The notes beneath the pieces were generated by a model. It did no database searches. It was not told where the DNA came from and worked only from the letters and a program-made list of their open reading frames with translations. A DNA stretch of 13,931 nt from a virus (taxonomy: Duplodnaviria; Heunggongvirae; Uroviricota; Caudoviricetes): IMG/VR virus record IMGVR_UViG_2728369553_000003, one strand, 5' to 3'. The translations under genes were made by a program, and so were the position numbers. This document shows positions 1-8,283 of the stretch, one piece after another (positions within the stretch are counted from its first letter, which is position 1; each line of letters begins with the position of its first letter).

Positions 1-1734
1 TCTCGTACAGCATGGCTCTGCCAACCGCCATAATCAGCGCAACTGCACCATCGATTTTGTTTTCCGCCTGCTCTTTGACGGGCTTCACCACATCATCGTT
101 ACCCGGAATGGTTTTGCCGACCACGTTGCCGATACACCAGGTCATGATGGGATTGCCATCATGATGAAAGCGCCCCGATTCAATTGCCGCTTCCAGCTCT
201 TTCATCGGGTCGGACATGTTGGTGTAGTTCTGAATGATAGTGATGGGGTTCAGGTCTTCATCAGCAAGGTCATGTGACAACCCGGTCGCCCCGAAGGGGT
301 CGATGGGTGACTCACTGACCGGGCTGATTTTGTTCGCCGCTTTGGCCTCCTCGAGGATGTAGCGATAATCCACCTCCGCACCATCGGTAACGGTCAGAAC
401 GCCCATTTCCACCCATTTCTGAAAGCGTTCGGCTGTCCGTCGATCTTCATTTTTCTCGACGCTGTACACCGTGTCATACGGTACCCAGAAACGCGGGGCC
501 ACACTGTAGTAATGCGTTTTACCGTCAATCTCGCGGGTATAAAGTCGCGCCATGCTGTTCATATCCAGCTTACGCGCCAGGTCAAAGGCCAGAATGCACG
601 GCTGCCCCTCGAACTGCTCAAGAGTCAGTGATTTATCCTCGCAGCTCTGCCAGCTCACCAGATTGAAATACGCCGAACGCGCCGACACCCAGATATTGAG
701 GTGTTTTGTTTTAAAGACGTTTGCCAGACGGGCGTTATTTTTCGCACGCTNNNNNNNNNNNNNNNNNNNNNNNNNNNNNNNNNNNNNNNNNNNNNNNNNN
801 NNNNNNNNNNNNNNNNNNNNNNNNNNNNNNNNNNNNNNNNNNNNNNNNNNNNNNNNNNNNNNNNNNNNNNNNNNNNNNNNNNNNNNNNATCGCCTTCGTC
901 AACGGTATAGATGATCCCGAACAGTTCATCGTTGGGTACCGACCCGTTGAGCATCTCGATAACTTCCCGCCGCTTGTCGTAGCACGGCCCCTCAATGTTG
1001 TACCCGGCAGTAGTAATGGCCCACATCAGTGGCTGACGTCGCGCCCCCATCCCGGTAAGCATCGTGGTGTAAAGCGCATCGGTGGCGTGCTCGTGATATT
1101 CATCCACCACCGCACAGTGGGGTGATGAACCATCACCGGGGTTACCGATCAGCGGTTCAAAACGCGCACCATCCTCCGGACGGTTCATGTTTGAGGCGTT
1201 AACCTCAATCCCGAACGCTTCCGTCAGCATGGGTGTGCGTTTACACATCAGTCTTGCCGGACGAAAGACTTCCCATGCCTGTTTCTCCGTCGTGGCACCG
1301 GAATACACTTCCGCGCCGAACTCGTTATCACAGGCAAAACAATACAGGGCGACACCGGCAGAGATTGCCGATTTGCCGTTCTTACGGGGGATTTCGGTAT
1401 ACACCTCACGGAAGCGGCGCAGCCGGGAGCCTTTATTGACCCAGCCAAACGCGCAGCAGATCACAAAGAGCTGCCACAGCTCCAGCGTGATGGGCATCCT
1501 CTTAAATGCCCACTCACCCTTGGTGTGCGGCAACAGCTGAATAAATTTAGCGGCCCGTTCAGCCAGGTCCTTGTCGAAGCGGTAACGAAACGACTTACTT
1601 TTTTCCGCCATCAGGTCATCAAGATGCCGCTGGCAGGCCTGAATCACAAACTGGCAGGCCACAATCTTTCCGCGCACGACATCACGGGCATACTGATTGG
1701 CAGCATTTACGTTGGGGTAAGATTTCCGGCTCAT
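1..1734 (-). CDS. Phage terminase large subunit (ATPase/nuclease), split by assembly gap 751-888; C-terminus runs off the window
   Basis: Minus ORF with ATG at 1732-1734 overlapping the TerS stop (ATGA). Walker A (EIPRKNGKS) and Walker B (AVVDEYHEH) are present in the translation. After the N-run the protein continues in a different minus frame to the window edge (1-60 translates as [19 protein letters not shown]), so the gap length is not real. Confidence 0.85.
751..888. other. Assembly gap (138 N) inside the terminase large subunit gene
   Basis: Run of N; the reading frame differs on either side. Confidence 0.95.
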
Positions 1735-2225
1735 GATTCGATGATTTTCAGAAACGGGTTAGTGGCTTTCTTCTTCCCCGCCAGGCCAATCAGACGCTGG
1801 CGGCTGCTGGGGTCGAGTCCGAGCATTGCCCCCGTACTGCTCATCTCGGACTCCTGTTCTTTTTTGGCAGTCAGCTCCGGATTTTTGACCATACCGCCCA
1901 TTGCACCGGTGATGGTGTTGCCCTGTCTGGCAATATTTTTCACGGCACGTCGCCAGAACTCATAGGCCACACACCACCGCTCAAGCACTGCGAGGTCAGT
2001 CACGCACAGCAGGCCCTGACCGCAGAGTTCTTTAGTTGTCAGTTGCCACATGATCGTGGCGAGAGGGAGATCTTCTTCAGCGAACCACTCCGGTGGCTCA
2101 ACACCTTTGATGGGCGTAAAAACAGGTTCATCTTTATTCAGGGCTCGCTTGCCGGGGTTTCCGGCCAGCGCCTTGCGCGCCGTTGGCTTGGGGCGACGCC
2201 CGGAACGCCCCGCCGTTCCAGCCAT
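1731..2225 (-). CDS. Phage terminase small subunit (P27-family-like)
   Basis: N-terminus [34 protein letters not shown] is typical of P27-type small terminases. The tracker start at 2234 is GTG; the ATG at 2223-2225 has an AGGAG 8 nt upstream. The stop overlaps the TerL ATG. Confidence 0.8.
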   Translation of the reverse strand: MAGTAGRSGRRPKPTARKALAGNPGKRALNKDEPVFTPIKGVEPPEWFAEEDLPLATIMWQLTTKELCGQGLLCVTDLAVLERWCVAYEFWRRAVKNIARQGNTITGAMGGMVKNPELTAKKEQESEMSSTGAMLGLDPSSRQRLIGLAGKKKATNPFLKIIES

Positions 2226-2275
2226 ATGCGGCACTCCTGGTTAAATTTCATTTTTCGCGGGTATAAAAAAACGAT

Positions 2276-2324
2276 GGGGCGGGCAGTCCGGAAGACGTCA
2301 GGTCACAGAGATTTGACCCGCCCC
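2276..2324. repeat. GC-rich inverted repeat (GGGGCGGG / CCCGCCCC, 33-nt spacer) between HNH and TerS; candidate packaging (cos-like) element
   Basis: 8-bp perfect inverted repeat at 2276-2283 and 2317-2324. The left arm, GGGCGGGCAGTC, resembles the GC-rich start of the lambda cohesive end (GGGCGGCGACCT, recalled). It sits just upstream of TerS. Confidence 0.25.
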
Positions 2325-2350
2325 TCCCCTCAGACAGTTGAGAATTATTA

Positions 2351-2701
2351 TCACTTAAGTCGTTCACGGGCCGTCTTCGCCTTATGACACGGCCAGCACA
2401 GACTCTGCAGATTACAGTCGGCATCAGTGCCGCCATGCGCTTTAGGGATGATGTGGTCAACGGTTTTCGCCTCACGCACCACACCAGCACGCAGACATAA
2501 CTGACACAGGCCTTTGTCACGCTTCAGGACACCCGCGCGGATACTGTCCCACTTCGAACCATAACCGCGCTGATGACGGGATTGTCCTGGCTTGTATTGC
2601 TTCCAGCCCTCGCTTTTGTGGCTTTCGCAATAGCCTGACGGATCAGTCGTGGTATTGCGGCAACCGCGAAAACGGCAGGCTTTTGGGGTTCGTGGTGGCA
2701 T
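2351..2701 (-). CDS. HNH endonuclease (terminase-associated)
   Basis: 116 aa with cysteine pairs and a DHIIPKAHGG...N...CWPCH motif. ATG at 2699-2701 with GAGGGG upstream. Located immediately upstream of TerS. Confidence 0.85.
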   Translation of the reverse strand: MPPRTPKACRFRGCRNTTTDPSGYCESHKSEGWKQYKPGQSRHQRGYGSKWDSIRAGVLKRDKGLCQLCLRAGVVREAKTVDHIIPKAHGGTDADCNLQSLCWPCHKAKTARERLK

Positions 2702-2736
2702 TTATATCCCCTCTTTGGTGCACGCTTACAATGCGT

Positions 2737-2760
2737 AAAAAAGCCTCGCATTAGCGAGGC
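2737..2760 (-). terminator. Putative rho-independent terminator after the 74-aa moron
   Basis: Hairpin GCCTCGC-ATTA-GCGAGGC at 2743-2760, followed on the minus strand by a T6 run (plus-strand A6 at 2737-2742). It abuts the N-run 2761-2808. Confidence 0.45.
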
Positions 2761-2808
2761 NNNNNNNNNNNNNNNNNNNNNNNNNNNNNNNNNNNNNNNN
2801 NNNNNNNN
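2761..2808. other. Assembly gap (48 N)
   Basis: Run of N. Confidence 0.95.
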
Positions 2809-2909
2809 ATATCTTGAAGGTGAATACTTATTGTCTTATCTATCCACGGGAAACATTAAGATTATTACACCCGTTAGTTGGGAAATAAAACAAAATGCAG
2901 GTGGTTTAT

Positions 2910-3134
2910 TTATTCTTTGCTGATTGCTTTCTGAATGGCATCGGCTAATGGTTCAATTAAGCCAATAGCTGCTTTTAATTCCTGTTCAAATTTTGCACTT
3001 GTAGCCTGACCACCTGCAGAAGAAAGTGAGGCCTTAACTAATTCAAGGGCAGCTTGAACAGCTATAACCCTCTGTTTTTGAGCTTGAGTTACAGGCTGAG
3101 CACCTATTCCTGAAGGGAAATAATTCTCTAACAT
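2910..3134 (-). CDS. Hypothetical 74-aa protein in an AT-rich moron cassette downstream of Rz
   Basis: ATG at 3132-3134 with a strong GGAGG SD 5 nt upstream. AT-rich relative to flanking phage genes. Followed by a terminator hairpin. Helical, no signal peptide. Confidence 0.6.
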   Translation of the reverse strand: MLENYFPSGIGAQPVTQAQKQRVIAVQAALELVKASLSSAGGQATSAKFEQELKAAIGLIEPLADAIQKAISKE

Positions 3135-3401
3135 TACAACCTCCGTATTAAAAAGTGAGGTTACACATTACCCTTAAGATTACTCTTAGTGAAGAGGTAT
3201 CTCATAATTATCACCCTTACCAATAACGCTTGATGAAATTTGTAATGGACTGGCTCTTATTTCAACGCAACCACTTACCGCGCGCCAGATGCTTAACCTC
3301 AAACATTAGCAATGAGATGTTTAATCTGAATCCACTCCAGAAGTAATCACCACTCTGTCTACAGGGCCTGATGTGAAGGATGATGAGTAAAATTATCGCT
3401 A

Positions 3402-3863
3402 TCATCGAAGGCATTGCGTCCTGATGTACTCCTGCAGGTAGTTAACCTGTGCGGTTATCCTGTCGATTCCACTTCGGAGACGGTAATAATTGAGTTCAGC
3501 ATCTGCTGTAAGTCCTGGGCTTTCTCCATCGCCCATGCCGCTGGCTCTGGTCGTTGATTTTGCACAGGTGGCGGCGACTTGCAGGCGCTTACGCCCAGAA
3601 GAAACATCAGCACGGAGACTTTCGATAGTCGCGTTAGCATCAGCAAGCTCCTTTGTGTATCTGGCGTCAAGTTCTGCTACGTCACGTTGACGCTTCTGCA
3701 TATCAGAGATAGTCGCCATAGCCGAATCTAATGCCATAGCATTCTCATCACGCTGCTTTTTGTATTCGATGGCTTTGCTGTGGTAATAATTTGCTGAACA
3801 GATAAAAGAACCAATGACAGTAACGAAGAATGCAGCGATAACCAGCTTATAGCTCAACTTCAT
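3402..3863 (-). CDS. Rz: Rz i-spanin
   Basis: N-terminal TM segment, then a coiled-coil region with strong similarity to lambda Rz (AQRD.NA..L..A.A.I.DMQ.RQRDVA.LDA.YTKELADA). Overlaps the 3' end of the endolysin gene. Confidence 0.9.
   Translation of the reverse strand: MKLSYKLVIAAFFVTVIGSFICSANYYHSKAIEYKKQRDENAMALDSAMATISDMQKRQRDVAELDARYTKELADANATIESLRADVSSGRKRLQVAATCAKSTTRASGMGDGESPGLTADAELNYYRLRSGIDRITAQVNYLQEYIRTQCLR
3455..3640 (-). CDS. Rz1: Rz1 o-spanin lipoprotein, embedded in the +1 frame of Rz
   Basis: ATG at 3638-3640 with a GGAG 8 nt upstream. Signal peptide with lipobox (LLGVSAC), then a proline-rich segment (KSPPPVQNQRPEPAAWAM) like lambda Rz1. The tracker start at 3670 is TTG. 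Confidence 0.75.
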   Translation of the reverse strand: MLTRLSKVSVLMFLLGVSACKSPPPVQNQRPEPAAWAMEKAQDLQQMLNSIITVSEVESTG

Positions 3864-4323
3864 TTACCACCCCGCCAGCCTCTTTGAATCGGGCAATCAG
3901 GTCACCGATTTTATGTTCATACTGACCGTAACCAGCGCCCGGCAGTGAAGCCCAGATATTGCTGCAACGATCGATAGCCTGACGAATATCGCCGCGATCA
4001 ATCATCGGTAAAGCGCCACGCTCTTTAATCTGCTGCAATGCCACAGCATCCTGGCTTTTTGGAGAGAAGTCTTTCAGCCCAAGCTGCTTGCGGTAAGCAT
4101 CCCACCAGCGTGAAAGAAGTTGATAACGGCCTGCAGCTGTTGATTTGAGTTTGGGGTTTAGCGTGACAAGTTTGCGAGGGTGATCGGAGTAATCAGTGAA
4201 GAGTTCACCACCGACAATAATATCATAACCGTGGTTACGTGTCGGTTGTCGCCCGTTATCCGTTCCTTCTGACCATGCCACCATATCGAGGAAAGCTTTA
4301 CGCTGAGGATTAAGATTTTGCAT
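3847..4323 (-). CDS. R: Endolysin, lambda R-type lytic transglycosylase
   Basis: 158 aa, near-identical over most of its length to lambda R as recalled (QRKAFLDM.AWSEGTDNGRQ.TRNHGYD.IVGGELFTDYSDHPRKLVTLNPKLKST.AGRYQLLSRWWDAYRKQLGLKDFSPKSQDAVALQQIKERGALPMIDRGDIRQAIDRCSNIWASLPGAGYGQ). Confidence 0.95.
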   Translation of the reverse strand: MQNLNPQRKAFLDMVAWSEGTDNGRQPTRNHGYDIIVGGELFTDYSDHPRKLVTLNPKLKSTAAGRYQLLSRWWDAYRKQLGLKDFSPKSQDAVALQQIKERGALPMIDRGDIRQAIDRCSNIWASLPGAGYGQYEHKIGDLIARFKEAGGVVNEVEL

Positions 4324-4615
4324 TTTTCACCCCTGTCAGTCGTTCCCAGAAGTACGTCAGTGCAACCGAACCCATCGCACCACTAATCCCCGCTGTCGCG
4401 AGAATCATGTAAATACTGAATCCACTTTCGATGCTGATCAGGCCACCAATAACACCGGTGAATCCTGATACCACTATCTGAGCCAGAGCATTTATCCAAC
4501 TCCACGTTGCTTTACTCTGCTTCACATCTATCAGGTAGCGGACCAGACCGCCCCAACCTGCGATGATCAGCAAAACGAGCCAGAACGCTCCAGCAAGATT
4601 CTCTTTTTCGTGCAT
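4310..4615 (-). CDS. Holin (class I-like, three predicted TM segments), not lambda S-like
   Basis: Three hydrophobic segments in about 100 aa, directly upstream of and overlapping the endolysin gene. The ORF is open up to the ATG at 4712-4714, but that start has no SD and adds 33 non-hydrophobic residues; the ATG at 4613-4615 gives a typical holin length. Start is uncertain. Confidence 0.7.
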   Translation of the reverse strand: MHEKENLAGAFWLVLLIIAGWGGLVRYLIDVKQSKATWSWINALAQIVVSGFTGVIGGLISIESGFSIYMILATAGISGAMGSVALTYFWERLTGVKNAKS

Positions 4616-4732
4616 ATGAATAGCCGCAGTTTCGCCTCCGACAGAAAATCGGAGCGTGAAATGATATGTTGATTTATTATTAATTCGAAAATTACATTCT
4701 AATTCATCAGGCATTGATGATTTTATAATAAT

Positions 4733-4755
4733 AAAGGCCGTTCGTTACGGCCTTT
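4733..4755 (-). terminator. Rho-independent terminator after the acidic moron gene
   Basis: Perfect 8-bp stem AAAGGCCG / CGGCCTTT with a 7-nt loop, flanked by A/T-rich runs on both sides, 12 nt downstream of the moron stop. Confidence 0.6.
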
Positions 4756-4766
4756 ATTATTGATAT

Positions 4767-5102
4767 TTATTTTACATCCCAAGGTAGTTCCTCAAGAGAG
4801 AAGACTAATTCATTATCAATGATTTCGTATTCTGCATAACCTTCAACCTCTCCTGAGAAGTTATTGTCAACGCATCCTTCATAATAGCTATATGGTGCTA
4901 TAAAGTGAAACCCATATTCATCTATCTCTGTGATTTCAAAATTGTAGTAATCGTAAGAATATCGAATATCATCATCAGAAATAGAACTAAGTACATAGTT
5001 ATTAAATTTATCGGAATGCTTAACGATAAGCTCTGACAACGCGTCAAGATTCTCTGGAGAGATATTTCCTAACGGTAATCTGTACTCAACGGCATTAATC
5101 AT
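4767..5102 (-). CDS. Hypothetical highly acidic 111-aa protein; moron between the Q-like gene/tR' and the holin
   Basis: ATG at 5100-5102 with a GGAGG 4 nt upstream. AT-rich. About 24 D/E against 5 K/R; no signal peptide or TM. Flanked by its own candidate promoter and terminator. Confidence 0.7.
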   Translation of the reverse strand: MINAVEYRLPLGNISPENLDALSELIVKHSDKFNNYVLSSISDDDIRYSYDYYNFEITEIDEYGFHFIAPYSYYEGCVDNNFSGEVEGYAEYEIIDNELVFSLEELPWDVK

Positions 5103-5128
5103 ACAACCTCCTTTTTAACTGATATGAG

Positions 5129-5157
5129 GTTATATAATGTGTTTCAGTACAAGTAAA
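5129..5157 (-). promoter_or_regulatory. Candidate sigma70 promoter for the acidic moron
   Basis: Minus strand TTTACT-17nt-TATAAC upstream of the moron SD. Overlaps the T-tract of the tR'-like terminator. Confidence 0.3.
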
Positions 5158-5182
5158 TAAAAACCCGCTCAACAGCGGGTTC
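5152..5182 (-). terminator. tR'-like rho-independent terminator downstream of the late promoter
   Basis: 9-bp stem AAACCCGCT / AGCGGGTTT with loop CAAC at 5161-5182, followed on the minus strand by a T-rich run, about 40-60 nt downstream of the predicted late transcription start. Confidence 0.55.
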
Positions 5183-5227
5183 GTGAAAATTATCAACGGC
5201 AGACATACAAAGCCCATCGTTGAGAAA

Positions 5228-5256
5228 ATCTTATCCATATTTTTTGAAAAATGCAA
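5228..5256 (-). promoter_or_regulatory. pR'-like late promoter (the Q engagement site would overlap)
   Basis: Minus strand TTGCAT-17nt-TAAGAT immediately downstream of the Q-like stop at 5288-5290. The arrangement promoter, short leader, terminator, lysis genes matches lambdoid late control. Confidence 0.5.
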
Positions 5257-5287
5257 GCTTCATGTCGCCATCTTCGGCGAAAATCAC

Positions 5288-6040
5288 TTATCTCGTCACC
5301 TTTCTCAATTGCGTTTCAGCATATGCTTCTTCCTGCCAGCACTTTGTTACTAGTTTATCAATTACGTCTGCATATCCTTTGTACCACTGATAATCAGTCA
5401 GGTCTGGAACCAGCTTCTGGACATGACGTCGTGCCAGTGTAGTTGGTAAACGGCTAAACCGGTTTCCATTGCAACGCCCACAAATCTTATAAACAGGCGT
5501 GCCATGAAGCCGGGTCCTTTTTTCATCCAGGACAATACCTTTACCCTTACACCCTCTGCACGCTGTGCTGACTTCTCCCTTACCATGACAATGCTGACAT
5601 AGTTCCTTCACCCACTCTTCCTTGATAACAGATTCCCCGCTTCTGGAGTGTTTCACCACCTCGCGCAATACATTATGAAATCCAGTACCAGCACAATGCT
5701 CACAGCGAGCCTTACTTGCCGCAGACCTGGAATAATCAGCAAAGGCAAAATTCACAAGGTAAGGAATGATCTGTAGCCGGGTTTCTTCACTCAATTTATT
5801 CAATGTCGGGTTATCCAGTGCCATCGCGTAATTGAGCAGACCTTCAATCGCAAACTGAGGATCCTGAACACCAACTTTTGCCAGGAATAAGGCAAACCCA
5901 AGCGGTGCTTTCGACTGCACCATCCCCTGCGCAGCCATCACATCCGTAATCGTTAAACCACCAGAGCCTGTCGCCGGTGCGTCATCGCTCAGTTTTGGAG
6001 ATTTCGGGGAGTAATATTTCGGTAAGGCTTCAAGGTTCAT
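5288..6040 (-). CDS. Putative late antiterminator Q-like protein (250 aa, four CxxCxGxG zinc-finger repeats)
   Basis: Position immediately upstream of the pR'/tR'-like elements and the lysis cassette. Cys-rich repeats CEHCAGTG, CQHCHGKG, CRGCKGKG, CGRCNGN. ATG at 6038-6040 with a GGAGAA SD. Family assignment rests on context and recall. Confidence 0.55.
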   Translation of the reverse strand: MNLEALPKYYSPKSPKLSDDAPATGSGGLTITDVMAAQGMVQSKAPLGFALFLAKVGVQDPQFAIEGLLNYAMALDNPTLNKLSEETRLQIIPYLVNFAFADYSRSAASKARCEHCAGTGFHNVLREVVKHSRSGESVIKEEWVKELCQHCHGKGEVSTACRGCKGKGIVLDEKRTRLHGTPVYKICGRCNGNRFSRLPTTLARRHVQKLVPDLTDYQWYKGYADVIDKLVTKCWQEEAYAETQLRKVTR

Positions 6041-6053
6041 GCTCGTTCTCCAC

Positions 6054-6985
6054 TTACGCCAGTACGCCTATTGCCAGCGCACGATCGATAAAACGAAATA
6101 TCAGCTCCAGCTGGGAACCATACTTCTCTTCAAATGCCACGGTATCCGCATGCAGCTCGTCGTGATGCTTTCTGCACAAAGGCAACACAAAGAGGTCATG
6201 CGCTTTTGTACCCATTCCCCCCTGACCGTGGCCTATCAGGTGGTGGGGATCATCAGCAGGCTTTCCACAACATGCACACGGCTGTGTCTTAACCCAGCGT
6301 GTGTACTTTTCATTAACCCAGCGGCGACGTTTTGGGCGTAACATAAAAGACTCCGGCGACTCCGGATCCACTTTCAGCGCCAGCACCTTTTTCACCTTAT
6401 CCTGGATGATGCTGGTGGCAGGAACCGAAGGCACAAGGTCACTTTCCCGGGTGACAGACGGCACAACAGGCTTCGGTAATCTCAGTGCCTTACGGGCTGC
6501 ACTTTCCGGTAAGGCATCCGCCAGGTCATTACGAATCAGCCACCAGCACAGTTCCGGCATTGTCACAACGTGACTATCATCAAAACCGAGATCCCGACGC
6601 ACAACAGACAACACCCAGCGGGCACAGTTATCCGTTGCCATTGATTCCAGCCGTTCCGTGAACTGATCGCGCAGCTGGTTATCGCAGTGCCAGCACAGAC
6701 GGATTGCGCCCGGCGCGTGTCGCATTGTTGTCATGTTCTCGCTGTGCCAGTCGGAATGAGGCCACTGGCAGCCTTTTTCACGAAGTAACCAGCTTTCAAG
6801 ACATTCCACGCCACCAGCACGACGGATCACTGCCTCATTGCGGAACACGGCCCGAACGTCAGGATCATCCGCCAGCGGTTGTGATGCCGCCGGAACAGCA
6901 CCACTGGCGAAAGATGAATAACGTTCCGGCTCAGGCTCCAGCAGGACACGCCCCTGCATAAACAGGGGCATCAGCTCTGAACCTG
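6054..6985 (-). CDS. DUF968-like protein (N-terminus hidden in assembly gap)
   Basis: Open minus frame from the gap edge to the stop at 6054-6056. C-terminal motif CACCGKPADDPHHLIGHGQGGMGTKAHDLFVLPLCRKHHDELH recalled as characteristic of DUF968 prophage proteins. Probably a separate gene from the KilA-N ORF, though the tracker fuses them across the N-run. Confidence 0.5.
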
Positions 6986-7111
6986 NNNNNNNNNNNNNNN
7001 NNNNNNNNNNNNNNNNNNNNNNNNNNNNNNNNNNNNNNNNNNNNNNNNNNNNNNNNNNNNNNNNNNNNNNNNNNNNNNNNNNNNNNNNNNNNNNNNNNNN
7101 NNNNNNNNNNN
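6986..7111. other. Assembly gap (126 N) hiding the boundary between the KilA-N and DUF968 coding regions
   Basis: Run of N. Confidence 0.95.
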
Positions 7112-7874
7112 GGAATCGGGATTCGAAGAAATGCGGCTGCGTCTCACGCGGATTTGCGGGACTGGTGATATTCTTGCCGAACATGCAGCCTTTCGCTGTC
7201 AGCGACCAGAATTTTTTGATGTTGTTAATCGCTGTACGGCTGTATCGTTCGCGCTGTTCGACGATCCCCAGCTTCGCCATCTGGTGATATGCCTGATTAG
7301 CCGTAAGGCGGATACCATACTGCTTCAGCAGTGCACTCAGTGACAGCGTGGGGCGGCTTGAGCCATCAGGCGCGTCAGCAGGAGCATCAATGGCATAGCG
7401 CGGTGCCAGATTCGGTAAGCCAACAGCCTCCTGAAGTTTCTGACAGGCTCCAAGCACTGAAGAGTTAGACAGATTTAACTCCCGGCGCATAAAGTCCAGC
7501 AGAATCACACCAGCCTGCATCTTGTCAGCAGCCTGTCCGGATAATTTTTCCGGTGCGCTGGTTACCATGTCGAAAGTACGGATCACCTTCAGATGGAATG
7601 ACGGGCTGATCCACATTGCATAGGCATACACCAGTTCTTTGCAGACATACGTCCCCTGGTTATTTCCGCCACGAATAACGTTAACTGGCTCTATATTGAC
7701 CGAGTTGCAAATCTGCAACTCGCTTATTAAACGCTCAGTTTGCTCATTGCGGAGCCAGAATGCAGGCTTATGCTTATCCAGAGAACCGGCAGCCCTGTGC
7801 AGATCGTTCAGGCTGTAACGCCCATAAGCATCACGACGAACTTCAATACCATCAATGACCATCAGATTATTCAT
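7112..7874 (-). CDS. KilA-N domain antirepressor-like protein (C-terminus hidden in gap)
   Basis: ATG at 7872-7874 with a GAGGAG 9 nt upstream. N-terminus MNNLMVIDGIEVRRDAYGRYSLNDLHRAAG... is KilA-N-like, followed by an antirepressor-like C-region. The open frame runs into the N-run. Confidence 0.6.
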
Positions 7875-7893
7875 ACTTCGTTTCTCCTCTTAA

Positions 7894-8283
7894 TCAGGCG
7901 GCTGCACCCGCCGTTTTCTCGTACTTACTGATAGTGATCTCGACCTTCCCTTCCGGGATAACCGGTCCCCACTCCACCAGCATTCTTTTCACCTGACTGT
8001 CGTCTTCCCACACACCCGCGTGGGTCAGGGCGTCAAACAGCGCCTTGTTATAGTTGTCCAGATCGCGGATCCGGTTATCCGGAGGAAACAACACGATCTC
8101 CACTGAAGCAGGTGCCGACGTTGGTTTTGGCAGACGACGTAACTGCTCAACTATTGCTGCACACGCCGCGCTCTGGAATTTGCGCCCCGCCGCGCTTATC
8201 AGGCTCTTACCTGCAAACGCCCCTTTGTTGGGGTGTCGCCAGTACGTGTTCACGCTGGGCGGGAAAGGCAGAATCAGCTTCAT
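7894..8283 (-). CDS. rusA: RusA-family Holliday junction resolvase
   Basis: 129 aa with a RusA-like layout (PPS.N.Y.R...; ...RDLDNYNKALFDALT..GVW.DD.QV). ATG at 8281-8283 overlaps the upstream stop (ATGA). Confidence 0.8.
   Translation of the reverse strand: MKLILPFPPSVNTYWRHPNKGAFAGKSLISAAGRKFQSAACAAIVEQLRRLPKPTSAPASVEIVLFPPDNRIRDLDNYNKALFDALTHAGVWEDDSQVKRMLVEWGPVIPEGKVEITISKYEKTAGAAA

Noticed and set aside
1187-1965. Plus-strand ORFs (117, 68 and 146 aa) antisense to the terminase genes
   Set aside because: They lie entirely within the terminase large and small subunit coding regions, which have strong motif support; antisense ORFs of this size are expected by chance.
2248-2520. 90-aa minus-strand ORF overlapping the HNH gene
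   Set aside because: Out of frame with the HNH CDS, which has clear motifs and an SD; the translation is Cys/Arg-rich with no features of its own.
3135-3400. Small hydrophobic type-I-toxin-like peptide in the AT-rich leader after Rz
   Set aside because: An apparent MIAIILL... peptide came from a coordinate misreading. On re-checking, the only minus-strand ATG gives a 14-codon ORF and the plus-strand 32-codon ORF has no SD or TM segment.
4767-5102. Possibility that the cargo gene in the Q-to-holin slot is a Shiga-type toxin
   Set aside because: It is a single 111-aa acidic ORF with no signal peptide; Stx needs an A subunit of about 315 aa and a secreted B subunit of about 89 aa.
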